From an uncultured Verrucomicrobiae bacterium (lineage in GTDB: Bacteria > Verrucomicrobiota > Verrucomicrobiia > Limisphaerales > Palsa-1400): a stretch of DNA of 64,000 bases. The DNA lies in the NCBI GenBank assembly GCA_963764165.1, contig CAVXRD010000003.1, positions 512,001 through 576,000 of the forward strand. Reading direction: 5' to 3'. The notes under the pieces were generated by a model. That model was not told the origin of the DNA. It searched no databases and saw only the letters and a list, made by a program, of their open reading frames with translations. The position numbers and the translations under genes were made by a program. Position 1 is the first letter of the stretch, and each line of letters opens with the position of its first letter. Positions 27,733 through 38,714 of the stretch are shown here, piece by piece.

Positions 27733-28116
27733 TTATTTCGGATCGCCGGTGGGAATGATTCCCTTGTTTTCCACCATCAGGATAACCGCCTTCTCTGGAG
27801 CGCGAGTCCGGTGGACGACGCCTTTGGGCACCACGAATCCCTGCTGCGGCAGCAATTCCACCACGCGGTCTTCGAGGTCTATGATGAACTTCCCTTCCAG
27901 CACGAAGAAGAATTCGTCGTCGTGATCGTGCTTGTGCCAATGGTATTCGCCCTGCATGACACCGAGGCGGACGACGGATTCATTGACCTGGCAAAGCGTC
28001 TGGTTATACCACTTGTCCCTGCAAGCCGCGATCAGCGCCGGCGTGTCCACCAGCGTCAATTGCGGGTAATGGATGTTCAGATGAGTCGCGTAAGGATATG
28101 AAGTTTCCTCTGGCAT
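27733..28116 (-). CDS. Cupin-domain protein
   Basis: GEYHWHKHD..DEFFFVLEG; VVPKGVVHRT. Confidence 0.9.
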   Translation of the reverse strand: MPEETSYPYATHLNIHYPQLTLVDTPALIAACRDKWYNQTLCQVNESVVRLGVMQGEYHWHKHDHDDEFFFVLEGKFIIDLEDRVVELLPQQGFVVPKGVVHRTRAPEKAVILMVENKGIIPTGDPK

Positions 28117-28242
28117 AGCAGCTTCGTTTGTTAATTGGCAGAGCAAGCTGACCGCATGATTCCACTCTAGTCAAGTTTAAGGAGAATTAATTTTGCTTCC
28201 CAATGTCACCCATTTGTAACATGATGGCTAATAGGAGCACAT

Positions 28243-31200
28243 ATGATTAAAAAGTTACTCGCTTTCACGATCTGCCTGGCCGGATTTTCCAGTTACGCCC
28301 AAATCACGCCTGGTTTCCAGCCCGGCAACCTCAGCGTCCTCCGCATTGGAGCGACCAACACGCCGCCCGTCAGTTCGGGCGACCCCGTGTTCCTCGACGA
28401 ATACACGACAAATGGAGTGCTGACGAACACAGTCGCGATTCCCACGAATGGCTCCACTTCACTGATCATCGGCGGATCGGCCTCGTCGGAGGGCGCCATC
28501 AGCCGTTCGGCCAATGGCAATTACATCGTGCTTGTCGGCTACAACACAAATCTCACTTCTACGGGTTCGCTGGCCAGTTCGACTTCCGCAAAGATCCCCC
28601 GCGGCATCGCCACCGTCGATTTCAATGGCAATTATGCATTCGTCACGAACACTTCGACGGCGTTCAGCGCGAATAACATTCGCAGCGGAACTTCAGATGG
28701 CTCGAACAATTTTTGGGCCGTTGGCGCCACCAGCGGCACGATTTACATGGGCATTGCATCTCCACCCGCCACGGTTCAAAGCGCGGACGCCAATAGCGAA
28801 GTCGCCAATATTTTTAACGGCAATCTGTATTTCTCGTCGCAAAAAACCACTCCAATTGGAATTTATGGCTTTGCGGGAACCCCCACAACGACCAACACAA
28901 GTGCCGCGCTCCTGTTCTCGACCGGCTCAAGTTCGAGCCTTTACGGATTCGCCATCAGCCCGGACAACACCACGGCCTACGTCGCGGATGACCGCGCGGT
29001 CGCCTCGGGCGGCGGCATTCTGAAATACACCAATAACGGCGCGTGGGGTCTGGCTTACACGCTTGGAACGGGCGTTGGCTCGACGGTCGGCGCGCGCGGA
29101 TTGGTGGTGCAGTTCGGCGCGACGAATATGATTTATGCAACGACAGCGGAGACCGCGACAAACCGCATCATCACGATTACTGACACCGGTTCAACTGCCG
29201 CAGCCGCGACTCTCGCCACCGCCTCCACGAATGAGATTTTTCGCGGCATTCAGTTTACGCCGCAAGGAAATGCGCCGGGCATTGTGGCGGGACTGCAACC
29301 GCAAGCTGTCGATCAAGGGCAGGCGGCTGCATTCTCGGTCAACGCGACCGGCAGCGGTTCGCTTTATTATTTGTGGGAATCAAATTCAACTCCCATCACG
29401 GCTTGGGAGACAAATTCCATGCTGACGCTCGACACGACCGCCTACGCGGCAGGCACGTTTGACGTCCAGGTGCTGGTGAGCAACGCCTGGGGATTGAATT
29501 CGTCCACCTCCACGTTGACGGTGACGGCATCGAACGCTCCCCCGCCCCCTCCGATCATCGTCACCGAACCGACGAACGCATCCGTCAAGGCAGGCGCGAC
29601 TGTAAGTTTTTCCGTCGGCGCAACGGGATCGGCCCTGACCTTTCAATGGCAATTTGGCGCGGTTGATCTCGTTGACAGCGCTTCGATCAGCGGCGCGACG
29701 ACAAACGTCCTGACCTTGTCCGACGTGGGCGGCGCGGATGCCGGCACTTATACCGTCACCATCACCAACGCCGGAGGCTCGACCAATTCGCTGCCGGTGA
29801 CATTGACGGTGGCCGACCCGTGGATTAGTTTGCAACCGACTGGACGCACTTATCTGGCGGGCGACACGATAAGTCTTTCGGTCGGCGCGGTTGGCACCAC
29901 GCCAACTTACCAATGGATATTCGACGGCTCGGCAATATCCGGGGCAACCAACAGCATTTTCCTCGAAAGCAACGCGGTGCCAACCGAGTCCGGGAGCTAC
30001 GCGGTCGTTGTGAAGTCCGATTACGGCTCGGTGACGAGCGCCCCTGCGGTTGTGGTGGTTGCAGCTTCGCAGACAACGTTCTTCCCGTCGAACCTCGTCG
30101 TGCTGCGATTGGGCGACGGTGCGCAGACGCTGACCAATTCTGGAAATACTTTGTTCCTAGATCAATTCACGCGGTCGGGCGCTTCCGTGAGTACCGATGG
30201 CGTTGCCCGATTCCGGGCCTTCTGCTCTTTTGATCAGCGGCGTGGCAAGTTCGGAAGGTTACATGACGCTTTCGGGAGATGGCCGGTTGCTCGCCATCGG
30301 AGGTTACAACACCAATCGTGGAACGCTCAGCGGTTCCCTCTCCTCGTCATCGTCAGCGGCGGTGCCGCGCGCGATTGGCACGATTGACGGGACCGGCGTT
30401 TACTCGCTAGCCGTTTCAACCACGAACGCTTACAGCGCAGATAATATTCGCGGGGGCGCAACGGACGGCACAGGCGATTTCTGGGGCGCGGGCTCGGCGG
30501 GTGGCACGTGGTATTTCGGCGCCAACAACGCCGCCGCCAGCATCCAGACCAACGTGTCAAATACACGCGTCGTCAATGTCTTCCAGCAGAACCTCTACTT
30601 CTCCACCCAAAGCGGAACGACGGGATTGTATGCGTTGCCCGGTTTGCCGACCAACAGCGCGACGACGAACCTGCTCTTTGCCACCGGGAATTCCTCCAGC
30701 CCGGAGGATTTTCAAATCAACGATGCGACGAACCTTGTCTACATCGCGGATGATTCTTCCAGCGGCGGCATCCAGCGCTGGGAATTTACGAACGGCATCT
30801 GGGCCAACGCCTACACCCTCTCCAGCGGCGCATCGAAAATTGGCGCGCGCAGTTTGACGGTCGATTTCTCCGGCGCAAATCCTGTAATTTACGCCATCAC
30901 CGCCGAAACAAGCGCCAATCGCCTTATTGCCATTACGGATTCTGGCGCGGGATCGGCGCCGACAACATTGGCCACCGCGCCCGCGGGCGAACTTTTCCGC
31001 GCGGTGAAATCCGCCCCGGCATTGAATCCGTTCCCAACACCGTCACTGACAACACCCGCACTGACAAATGGCAATTTCACATTCAATCTGGCCGGCGTCA
31101 GCGGATTTAGCTACGTGATTCAAACATCCACGGATCTGATAAGCTGGACACCGTGGCAGACAAATGTCGCGCCAGCCTCATTTACGGTGACGAATGCGGC

Positions 31201-31243
31201 GAGCGGTTCGCCCGCGTATTTCCGCGCCGTTTACATTCCCTGA
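28243..31243 (+). CDS. Large secreted protein: two homologous beta-rich domains flanking three Ig-like domains, plus C-terminal domain; one extra base near 30195 splits the ORF
   Basis: ORFs 28243-30387 and 30197-31243 join. Span is 3001 nt (3n+1), and the domain repeat continues across the junction. Confidence 0.8.
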
Positions 31244-31264
31244 CGCCCGGTGTAAGAGCAGCGT

Positions 31265-32290
31265 GTGGCAGATAAAATCGAACCACAACGATTTCGCGCG
31301 CTGACGGCAAAATACCGCCAGCTCCGCATCGCGGTCGTGGGTGATTTCTGCCTCGATAGATATTTGGAGATAGACCCCGCGCGGGCGGGAATTTCAATTG
31401 AAACCGGCTTAACGGTTCATAACGTCGTTCGCGTGCGTTCGCAACCAGGGGGAGCTGGAACCATCGTGAATAATCTGGCCGCGCTCGGCGTTGGCGAGAT
31501 TTTTCCGGTCGGCTTTGCGGGGGAAGATGGCGAAGGATTTGAATTGCTGCGCGCTTTAGGGAGCGTTCCTGGCGTAAGCATGGACTCGTTTTTTGCAACG
31601 CCCGATCGGCGGACGTTTACTTACACCAAACCGCTTATCGTTTCCCCGCAACTCCCGCCGAAGGAATTGAATCGCCTTGATTTTCTGAATTGGTCGCCCA
31701 CTCCTGCCACGCTGCAAAAGCGCCTCTCGGAAAGCTTGCGCGGCCTCGCGCCGAACGTGGACGCAATCGTTATGCTTGACCAAGTTGACACGCCGGAAAC
31801 GGGCGTTATTACGCGTTCGCTGTTGAAGACGGTTGCCGCGATCAAAAAGAAAAACGCAAACTTGCTGATCATCGCGGACAGCCGCCAGCGTTTGGGAGAA
31901 TTTCCGCCAGTTTGCTTCAAGATGAACCGCACGGAACTTTCGAAGTTGGCCGCCAGAGGCAAGCTGATTCCAACTCGCGATGTCGCAAAAGCCGCATCCG
32001 CCTTGGCGCGCAAAAAACGAAACTGTTGTTTTGTGACGATGGCAGAAAAGGGAATCCTCGCGGCGGAACCCGGTGGAACCGTTGAGCACGCCCCTGCCCT
32101 TCCGGTGCGCGGCGAAATTGATGTCGTGGGCGCTGGCGATTGCGTGACCGCAAACCTGACAACCGCGCTCGCCTCCGGCGCGACGCTGCGCGAAGCGCTG
32201 CAAATCGCAAACGCCGCCGCCTCGGTCGTCCTCCGCAAACTCGGCACGACGGGAACGGCGTCGGTGCAAGAGATCCGACGATTGTTGTGA
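31265..32290 (+). CDS. PfkB-family kinase (HldA/RfaE kinase-like)
   Basis: VVGDFCLDRY; PGGAG; DVVGAGD; ANAAASVV..K.GT. Confidence 0.88.
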   Translation: MADKIEPQRFRALTAKYRQLRIAVVGDFCLDRYLEIDPARAGISIETGLTVHNVVRVRSQPGGAGTIVNNLAALGVGEIFPVGFAGEDGEGFELLRALGSVPGVSMDSFFATPDRRTFTYTKPLIVSPQLPPKELNRLDFLNWSPTPATLQKRLSESLRGLAPNVDAIVMLDQVDTPETGVITRSLLKTVAAIKKKNANLLIIADSRQRLGEFPPVCFKMNRTELSKLAARGKLIPTRDVAKAASALARKKRNCCFVTMAEKGILAAEPGGTVEHAPALPVRGEIDVVGAGDCVTANLTTALASGATLREALQIANAAASVVLRKLGTTGTASVQEIRRLL

Positions 32291-32325
32291 AGCCCGGCAG
32301 GGCTGCCACCAACCCGGCTTCCATT

Positions 32326-32605
32326 GGTTCCTCAACGTTTTCGGTGGAATAGAATCCGGGCACTCGGCCACGAATTAAAACGAGCGACGGGGCGGCTGCG
32401 AGCCACAGCTCGCGCCCCGTCGCGGTCGGACAGCGAAACGCTCATTTACAACAACTTACCCATGAATGGCTTACAACTATTGGATGGCCCTGAGATGAGG
32501 CAGCGAGATTCCCCTGGATTACTGATGTCTGCACCTCCTCAGAGGTTTGGTTGCTCGCAACCGGGTTTACACGAACTTCTATTCCACTGAAAACGTGGAG
32601 GAACC
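32326..32605. mobile_element. 280-bp MITE with 29-bp terminal inverted repeats and 8-bp CTTCCATT target duplication (ISL3-like ends)
   Basis: GGTTCCTCAACGTTTTCGGTGGAATAGAA (32326-32354) vs reverse complement of 32577-32605, 27/29 match. CTTCCATT at 32318-32325 and 32606-32613. Confidence 0.88.
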
Positions 32606-32606
32606 C

Positions 32607-32681
32607 TTCCATTATTCCTATTATTCTCATTATTCGCATAAAAATGGGACAGATGGGAATAATGCGAGAGATGGGAATGGG
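32607..32681. repeat. 9-bp-periodic palindrome (CCCATTATT)n...(AATAATGGG)n
   Basis: Four degenerate CCCATTATT-type units followed by four ATGGGAATA-type units. Confidence 0.7.
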
Positions 32682-32769
32682 ACGGTTTGACAGGAGCCTT
32701 GCTTGGCCGTGGCAACTCGGACGCCCTTTTGCTTCGACACTCGCGGGTCTGATTCCTAAACTGGACGCG

Positions 32770-35322
32770 TTGGGACAAGACGCTCCATTATCGCCCATGA
32801 TGGCGCAGTATCGCCGCATCAAAAGCGAACTGCCGCGCGAGGCCCTTTTGCTTTTCCGCCTCGGCGATTTTTACGAAATGTTTTTTGACGACGCCAAAGT
32901 CGGCGCGCAATTGCTCAATGTCGCCCTCACCAAACGCGGCGAAATTCCGATGTGCGGCATCCCTTTCCACGCCGCCAATGGCTACATCGCGCGCATTCTG
33001 AAGGCCGGGCGCAAAGTCGCGATTTGCGATCAGGTGGAAGAGGCGCGGCCCGGCCAATTGGTCAAGCGCGAGGTCACGCAAATCCTCAGCCCCGGCACGC
33101 ATTTTGACGAGCGACTGCTGACGGCCGAGCGGAACAATTTCCTCGCCGCGCTTTATGCCACCGGGGACGTCGTCGGCCTCGCCCTGGCGGACTTGACCAC
33201 TGGCGATTTCAAAACCACCGAACTTCACGGCGAAGCCGCGCTTCGCACGGAACTCGAACGGCTGCGGCCGGCGGAAATTATTTATCCCTCGGCGGCAGAA
33301 AATCTCGCGGCGATCGCGCGCCACGAAAAAGTCGTGCTCAACGCGTATGAGGATTGGGTCTTCGGGCCGGAAACGGCGGAATTCACCGTGCGCGAACATT
33401 TCAAAGTGGCTTCGCTCGACGGTTTCGGTTTGAAGGGGCGCGCGGCAGCCGTCGGCGCGGCGGGAGCGGTGCTGCACTACTTGACACAGCATTTGCGGCG
33501 CGACGCCTCCGCGCTGACGCGCCTCTCCTTTTATCTCTGTTCGGATTACATGGCGCTGGATGTCATCTCGCTCAAAAATCTGGAGATACTCGAACCCTTG
33601 CACGCCAGTTCGCCGCGCGATGCCTGCCTGTATGGCGCGCTCAACCGCACCGTCACGCCGATGGGCGCGCGGCGGCTGCGCGATTGGCTCAGCCAGCCTC
33701 TCGCCTCGCAAGCGCCAATCGCCCGCCGACGCGAAGCCGTCCGGCAATGGCTCGAAAACGGCACGGACCTTGAGAATTTTCGCCAAAATCTCGCCGAAGT
33801 TCGCGACTTGGAACGCATGCTCGGCCGGCTGAGTTCCGGTTCCGGCAACGGCCGCGACTTGCTGGCTTTGCGCATCGCGCTGGAAAGAATTCCGGTGCTG
33901 AAAGGAATTCTCGCGCAACTGCATGCGCCGCGAACTCCCGCCGAATTTTCGATCATCAGCGAGCCTGCGGCGGAGGCGGGGCTGTTGACAGAGTTGGATT
34001 TGCAATTGATGGAAGCGCCGGATTTGGTCGAACTGATTTCGCGCGCCATTGTTGACGAGCCGCCGCTGGCTTTGAAAGAAGGCGGTCTCATTTGCGACGG
34101 CTTCGACGCCAACCTTGACGAGCTTCGCTCCGCGATGCGGGACGGAAAAAATTGGATCGCGCAGCTTCAGCAGGATGAGATGGCGCGCACCGGAATTGCA
34201 TCGCTCAAGGTGCGGTTCAATTCCGTTTTCGGCTATTACATCGAAGTCACAAAATCGAATCTCGACAAGGTTCCGCAGGACTACATTCGCAAACAAACCG
34301 TGGCCAATGGCGAGCGCTTCATCACGCCGGCGCTCAAGGAGATGGAGGGGAAAATCCTGGGCGCGGAGGAGCGCAGCGTGAAACTGGAATACGAATTGTT
34401 CCAACGCGTGCGCGAACAGGCGCTCGAACAACTGCCGCGCCTTCAGCAATCCGCCGCCGCCCTCGCCCAGCTTGATGTGATGGCCGCGTTCGCGCAGACG
34501 GCGCGGCTCCATAATTATTGCCAGCCCGAAACCGCCGCCGACGGCTTGATCGATATTCGCGACGGGCGGCACCCGGTGTTGGAGCAAATGCTGGCGGGCG
34601 AACGCTTCGTGCCGAACGACGCCGCGCTGAGCCATTCCGAACGCCAATTGATGCTCATCACGGGGCCGAACATGGCGGGCAAAAGCACGTTCATCCGGCA
34701 GGTTGCGCTCATCACGCTGATGGCTCACACGGGTTCATTTGTACCGGCGGCCGCCGCGCGCATCGGATTGGTCGACCGCATTTTCACGCGCATCGGGGCT
34801 AGCGACGACTTGGCGCGCGGCCAATCCACGTTCATGGTCGAGATGACCGAGACCGCCAACATCCTGAACAACGCCACCGCCCGCAGCCTCGTTATACTTG
34901 ACGAAATTGGCCGCGGGACAAGCACGTTTGACGGGTTGAGCCTCGCGTGGTCTATTGTGGAGCATCTGCACAACGTGGTTGGCGCGAAAACGCTTTTTGC
35001 AACGCATTACCATGAGCTGACCGAGCTGGCGGCCCGGCTGCCGCGTGTCAAGAATTTGAATGTCGCGGTGCGCGAATGGAATGATCAAATTGTTTTCCTG
35101 CGCAAAATCGTCGAGGGCGCGACGGATAAAAGTTATGGCATTCAAGTGGCGAGGCTCGCGGGAGTTCCCAAGACAGTGATCGCTCGCGCCCGGGAAATTT
35201 TGTCGAACCTAGAGGAATCCGAGCTGACACCGGAGGGCAAAGTCCGCCAGGTTCGCCGCCGTCCCGAATTGGAGAAACTCAAGAAGCTCGGCCCGCCGCC
35301 GCAGTTGGATTTATTTGGGTGA
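32770..35322 (+). CDS. mutS: DNA mismatch repair protein MutS
   Basis: SPMMAQY; FRLGDFYEMF; GPNMAGKST; DEIGRGTST; THYHEL; SYGIQVA; C-terminal QLDLF clamp motif. Start placed at TTG 32770. Confidence 0.97.
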   Translation: MGQDAPLSPMMAQYRRIKSELPREALLLFRLGDFYEMFFDDAKVGAQLLNVALTKRGEIPMCGIPFHAANGYIARILKAGRKVAICDQVEEARPGQLVKREVTQILSPGTHFDERLLTAERNNFLAALYATGDVVGLALADLTTGDFKTTELHGEAALRTELERLRPAEIIYPSAAENLAAIARHEKVVLNAYEDWVFGPETAEFTVREHFKVASLDGFGLKGRAAAVGAAGAVLHYLTQHLRRDASALTRLSFYLCSDYMALDVISLKNLEILEPLHASSPRDACLYGALNRTVTPMGARRLRDWLSQPLASQAPIARRREAVRQWLENGTDLENFRQNLAEVRDLERMLGRLSSGSGNGRDLLALRIALERIPVLKGILAQLHAPRTPAEFSIISEPAAEAGLLTELDLQLMEAPDLVELISRAIVDEPPLALKEGGLICDGFDANLDELRSAMRDGKNWIAQLQQDEMARTGIASLKVRFNSVFGYYIEVTKSNLDKVPQDYIRKQTVANGERFITPALKEMEGKILGAEERSVKLEYELFQRVREQALEQLPRLQQSAAALAQLDVMAAFAQTARLHNYCQPETAADGLIDIRDGRHPVLEQMLAGERFVPNDAALSHSERQLMLITGPNMAGKSTFIRQVALITLMAHTGSFVPAAAARIGLVDRIFTRIGASDDLARGQSTFMVEMTETANILNNATARSLVILDEIGRGTSTFDGLSLAWSIVEHLHNVVGAKTLFATHYHELTELAARLPRVKNLNVAVREWNDQIVFLRKIVEGATDKSYGIQVARLAGVPKTVIARAREILSNLEESELTPEGKVRQVRRRPELEKLKKLGPPPQLDLFG

Positions 35323-38300
35323 AACGCCTATTCCAATACGTTGCCGCCGTCCTCGCATGCTCGCTGACGGCAGCGGCCTTCGCGGAAGTCTCGCGCACCG
35401 CCGTGCTGCTGAACGCGCGCGCCCTCAACACATCCAGCCCTGAAATTCAGGCAATGCGAAAAACGGTCGGAACGTTCGCCGGCCGCCGATTGCATCTGAT
35501 TCAATTCGGCGGGCCGATTTTGCCCGAGTGGCGCGACGCGCTCATCGCGACCGGCGCGCGGATCGTCAATTATATTCCCAACAACGCTTATCTCGTTTAC
35601 GGAGATGCAAACGCCATCGCGAAAGTTCAAACTTTGGCGAAAGAAAAATACGCGCAGTGGGATGCTCAATATCCGGCTGATTGCAAAATTCAGCCCGGAG
35701 CCGCCAACTCCCCGACAAATCTCTATTACGTGCAACTGGTGGCGGATCAAGGGGCCAACGCAGAAACCATCGCCCTGCTCTCGCTCACTGGGAAACCGAG
35801 GCGCGTTTTGGAATTTGTGAATCTCACCGCCACTATTGCTCCCACAGAATTGGCGGCCGTCGCCGCCAGGCCGGATGTCATTTCGATTCAAGCTCTTCAG
35901 CCGGCACGCAAGCTGGGTGAGCGCCTGGACCAAATTGTGGCTGGAAATATTTCCGGCAATGCTCCAATCGGTCCGGGTTACCTCGCCTGGCTTGAATCGC
36001 TGGGCTTCGGCCAACAGCAGTTCGATGCTTCGGGGTTTATTGTTGACGTCGCGGACAGTGGCATCGACAACGGAACGACCGCGCCGAACCACTTCGGTCT
36101 TTACAGCGAAGGTGATGCGAACGGCGAGAGCCGGGTCTTTTACAACCGGCTTGTCGGAACACCCAACAGCGCGAGCACGCTGAAAGGTTGCGATGGCCAT
36201 GGCACGCTTAACACGCATGTCGCTGCCGGGTTTGATGGCAATACGAATTTCCCTTTTGCCGATTCCTCCGGCTTCGCGTATGGGCTGGGAGTCTGCCCAT
36301 TCGCGCACCTCGGTTCGTCGGTCATTTTTGACCCGGATAATTGGACTTTTCCCGATTTCGCCACCCTCGAATCTTCCGCCTACCAAAGTGGGGCGCGCAT
36401 TGAAAACGATAGCTGGGGCTATGGGGGCTATGGCGGCGGTTATGGTGTGGTGGCGCAGGAATTTGACGCGCTCGTTCGCGACGCGCAGCCTGCGAGTTCG
36501 CCTTGCCCGGCCCCGGGCAATCAGGAAATGATCATCGTGTTTGCCGATGGTGATTCCGGGCCTTCGACAGGAACTGTCAGCGAGCCGTCCACCGCCAAAA
36601 ACGTCATCACTGTGGGAGGCGCGGAAAACGTGCAGTTTTTCGGGGGGCCGGATGGTTGCGGCGTGGGCGACGATGAGGCCGACAGCGCCAACGAAATGGC
36701 CCCATTTTCATCGCGCGGGCCATGCAACGACGGACGCCACAAGCCTGATCTGGCCGCGCCAGCCACTCACATCACCGGCGGCGTTGCGCAAGCGCCCGAT
36801 CCCGGCCCGCTGGGAACGGCTGACCCGTGCTTTACGGGCGACAGTGTTTGCGGCGGTGTCGACAGCATTTTTTATCCGAGCGGGCAGCAATTTTACACAG
36901 CTTCATCCGGCACCAGCCATGCCGCTCCCGCCGTGACTGGCGCTTGCGCGCTGTTGCGCCAATATTTTATAAACAACGCCTACAGCCCGCCCTCTCCCGC
37001 CATGACCAAGGCGTGCCTGATGAACTCCGCCCGCTATCTTACTGGAGGAAGCGCGAACGATACGCTCTGGTCGGACGCGCAAGGAATGGGTGAATTGGAT
37101 TTGGGCGCGGCCTTCGACGGCGAGCCGCAAATTCTGCGGGATGAATTGGCCGCGGACACGTTTACCGCCACGGGGCAATCGCGCAAGTTCACCGGCTTCG
37201 TCGCAGACACGAATGCCCCGTTCCGCATCACGCTTGCCTGGACGGATGCCCCGGGAAGCACCACCGGCGCGGCCTACAACAACGATCTCGACTTGACAGT
37301 AACAGTGGGCGGCCAAACGTATCTGGGCAACAACTTCAGCGGCGCGTGGTCAACGAACGGAGGATCAGCGGATGCTGAAAATAACGTGGAAAGTGTTTTC
37401 CTCCCGGCTGGCGCATCCGGCGATTTTTCCGTGACGGTTGCCGCCGCGAACATCAATTCCATCGGCGTTCCAAACGGCAGCAACGCGCTATTGCAGGACT
37501 TCGCGCTCGTCGTCCATAACGCCATTGGAAACGGCCCGCCGCAAATTCTACTCGACAGCGCAACCCTCAGTTCGGAGAACTGCGAACCCACCAACGGCGT
37601 CATTGACCCAGGCGAGACAGTCACCGTTCAATTCGCGCTGCAGAACATCGGCCTTGCGGCTACGACGAATCTGGTGGCGGCATTGCAATCGGGACAGGGA
37701 ATCGAGTCGCCCAGCGGGCCGGTTTCCTATGGAGTTATGCGGCCGGGCGGCGCGGCCGTTTCACGGCCAATGACATTCACCGCCGAAGGATCGTGCGGCG
37801 GAATGGCCACGGCGGTGATTCAGTTGACAGATGGAGGCGAGACGGTGGGATGGATCACGAATGCATTCATCCTCGGTCAATTTGTTCCTGACGTTGCATT
37901 CGCGGAAAACTTTGACGAAGTGACACCCCCTTACCTCCCCGGCGGCTGGACAACCATTGTCGAGGGCGGGCAAGTTCGGTGGATCACAACCAATGTCCCC
38001 GACACGCTGCCGGATTCCGTGTTTGCGGCGGCATCCACTAATTCTGGAATTTCAGATCTTATTTCTCCAGTCATTTCCATTGCCTCGCCTGCGGCCCAGT
38101 TGCATTTCCGCAACGTCTACGAACTCGAGACAAATGCCGATGCGCCCTACGAAGCCTTCGACGGCGGCGTGCTGGAAATACAAATCGGAACGAATGCTTT
38201 CGAAGACATTGTTGCGGCGGGCGGAACGTTCCTCGCGAACGGCTACAACAACACCATTGCGCCGAGCAGCGTTGACGACAACCCGCTTCCGAATTGGGCA

Positions 38301-38714
38301 TGCTGGAGCGGGAATTCGCAAGGGTTTGTCAGCACTGTTATCCAGCTTCCTGCAGCGGCGTCTGGGCAGAGCATCCAGTTGCGATGGCGCTGCGCCACGG
38401 ACACGGGAAACGCCAACGTCTCCGTCGGCTGGTGGATTGACACCATCTCCATTGTTGACGGTGGCGGCTACCAATGCTGCCAAGGGCTCTTCTCGCCGGA
38501 GCTCATCAACCCGCGGATCAACGGGACAAATTTTATCTTCTCTTTCCAATCCGCCGCAGGGCAAAACTACAGCATCGAATCCACCATTGATCTTTCCTCC
38601 AAGGCGTGGATGCCGGTCGAAACCATTACGGGAAATGGCAATGTGCTGGCCGTCACGAACAGCATAGGCCCGTCGCAGACCTTCTATCGCGTTCTCAGTT
38701 ATCCCACCCCATGA
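35319..38714 (+). CDS. S8 (subtilisin-like) serine peptidase, secreted, multidomain
   Basis: VADSGID; GHGT; SGTSHAAP; FSSRGP; KPDLAAP; C-terminal 'FYRV' domain. Confidence 0.9.
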   Translation: MKRLFQYVAAVLACSLTAAAFAEVSRTAVLLNARALNTSSPEIQAMRKTVGTFAGRRLHLIQFGGPILPEWRDALIATGARIVNYIPNNAYLVYGDANAIAKVQTLAKEKYAQWDAQYPADCKIQPGAANSPTNLYYVQLVADQGANAETIALLSLTGKPRRVLEFVNLTATIAPTELAAVAARPDVISIQALQPARKLGERLDQIVAGNISGNAPIGPGYLAWLESLGFGQQQFDASGFIVDVADSGIDNGTTAPNHFGLYSEGDANGESRVFYNRLVGTPNSASTLKGCDGHGTLNTHVAAGFDGNTNFPFADSSGFAYGLGVCPFAHLGSSVIFDPDNWTFPDFATLESSAYQSGARIENDSWGYGGYGGGYGVVAQEFDALVRDAQPASSPCPAPGNQEMIIVFADGDSGPSTGTVSEPSTAKNVITVGGAENVQFFGGPDGCGVGDDEADSANEMAPFSSRGPCNDGRHKPDLAAPATHITGGVAQAPDPGPLGTADPCFTGDSVCGGVDSIFYPSGQQFYTASSGTSHAAPAVTGACALLRQYFINNAYSPPSPAMTKACLMNSARYLTGGSANDTLWSDAQGMGELDLGAAFDGEPQILRDELAADTFTATGQSRKFTGFVADTNAPFRITLAWTDAPGSTTGAAYNNDLDLTVTVGGQTYLGNNFSGAWSTNGGSADAENNVESVFLPAGASGDFSVTVAAANINSIGVPNGSNALLQDFALVVHNAIGNGPPQILLDSATLSSENCEPTNGVIDPGETVTVQFALQNIGLAATTNLVAALQSGQGIESPSGPVSYGVMRPGGAAVSRPMTFTAEGSCGGMATAVIQLTDGGETVGWITNAFILGQFVPDVAFAENFDEVTPPYLPGGWTTIVEGGQVRWITTNVPDTLPDSVFAAASTNSGISDLISPVISIASPAAQLHFRNVYELETNADAPYEAFDGGVLEIQIGTNAFEDIVAAGGTFLANGYNNTIAPSSVDDNPLPNWACWSGNSQGFVSTVIQLPAAASGQSIQLRWRCATDTGNANVSVGWWIDTISIVDGGGYQCCQGLFSPELINPRINGTNFIFSFQSAAGQNYSIESTIDLSSKAWMPVETITGNGNVLAVTNSIGPSQTFYRVLSYPTP

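Noticed and set aside
32551..32769. 73-aa N-terminal extension of MutS in the ORF track
   Set aside because: It is read-through of the MITE end and the 9-bp repeat array. MutS homology begins near SPMMAQY, and a -10 box precedes TTG 32770.
32788..34728. Long antisense ORFs (e.g. 646 aa opposite mutS, 481 aa opposite secY, 367 aa opposite bioB)
   Set aside because: These are shadow ORFs expected from GC-rich codon bias and have no recognisable motifs.
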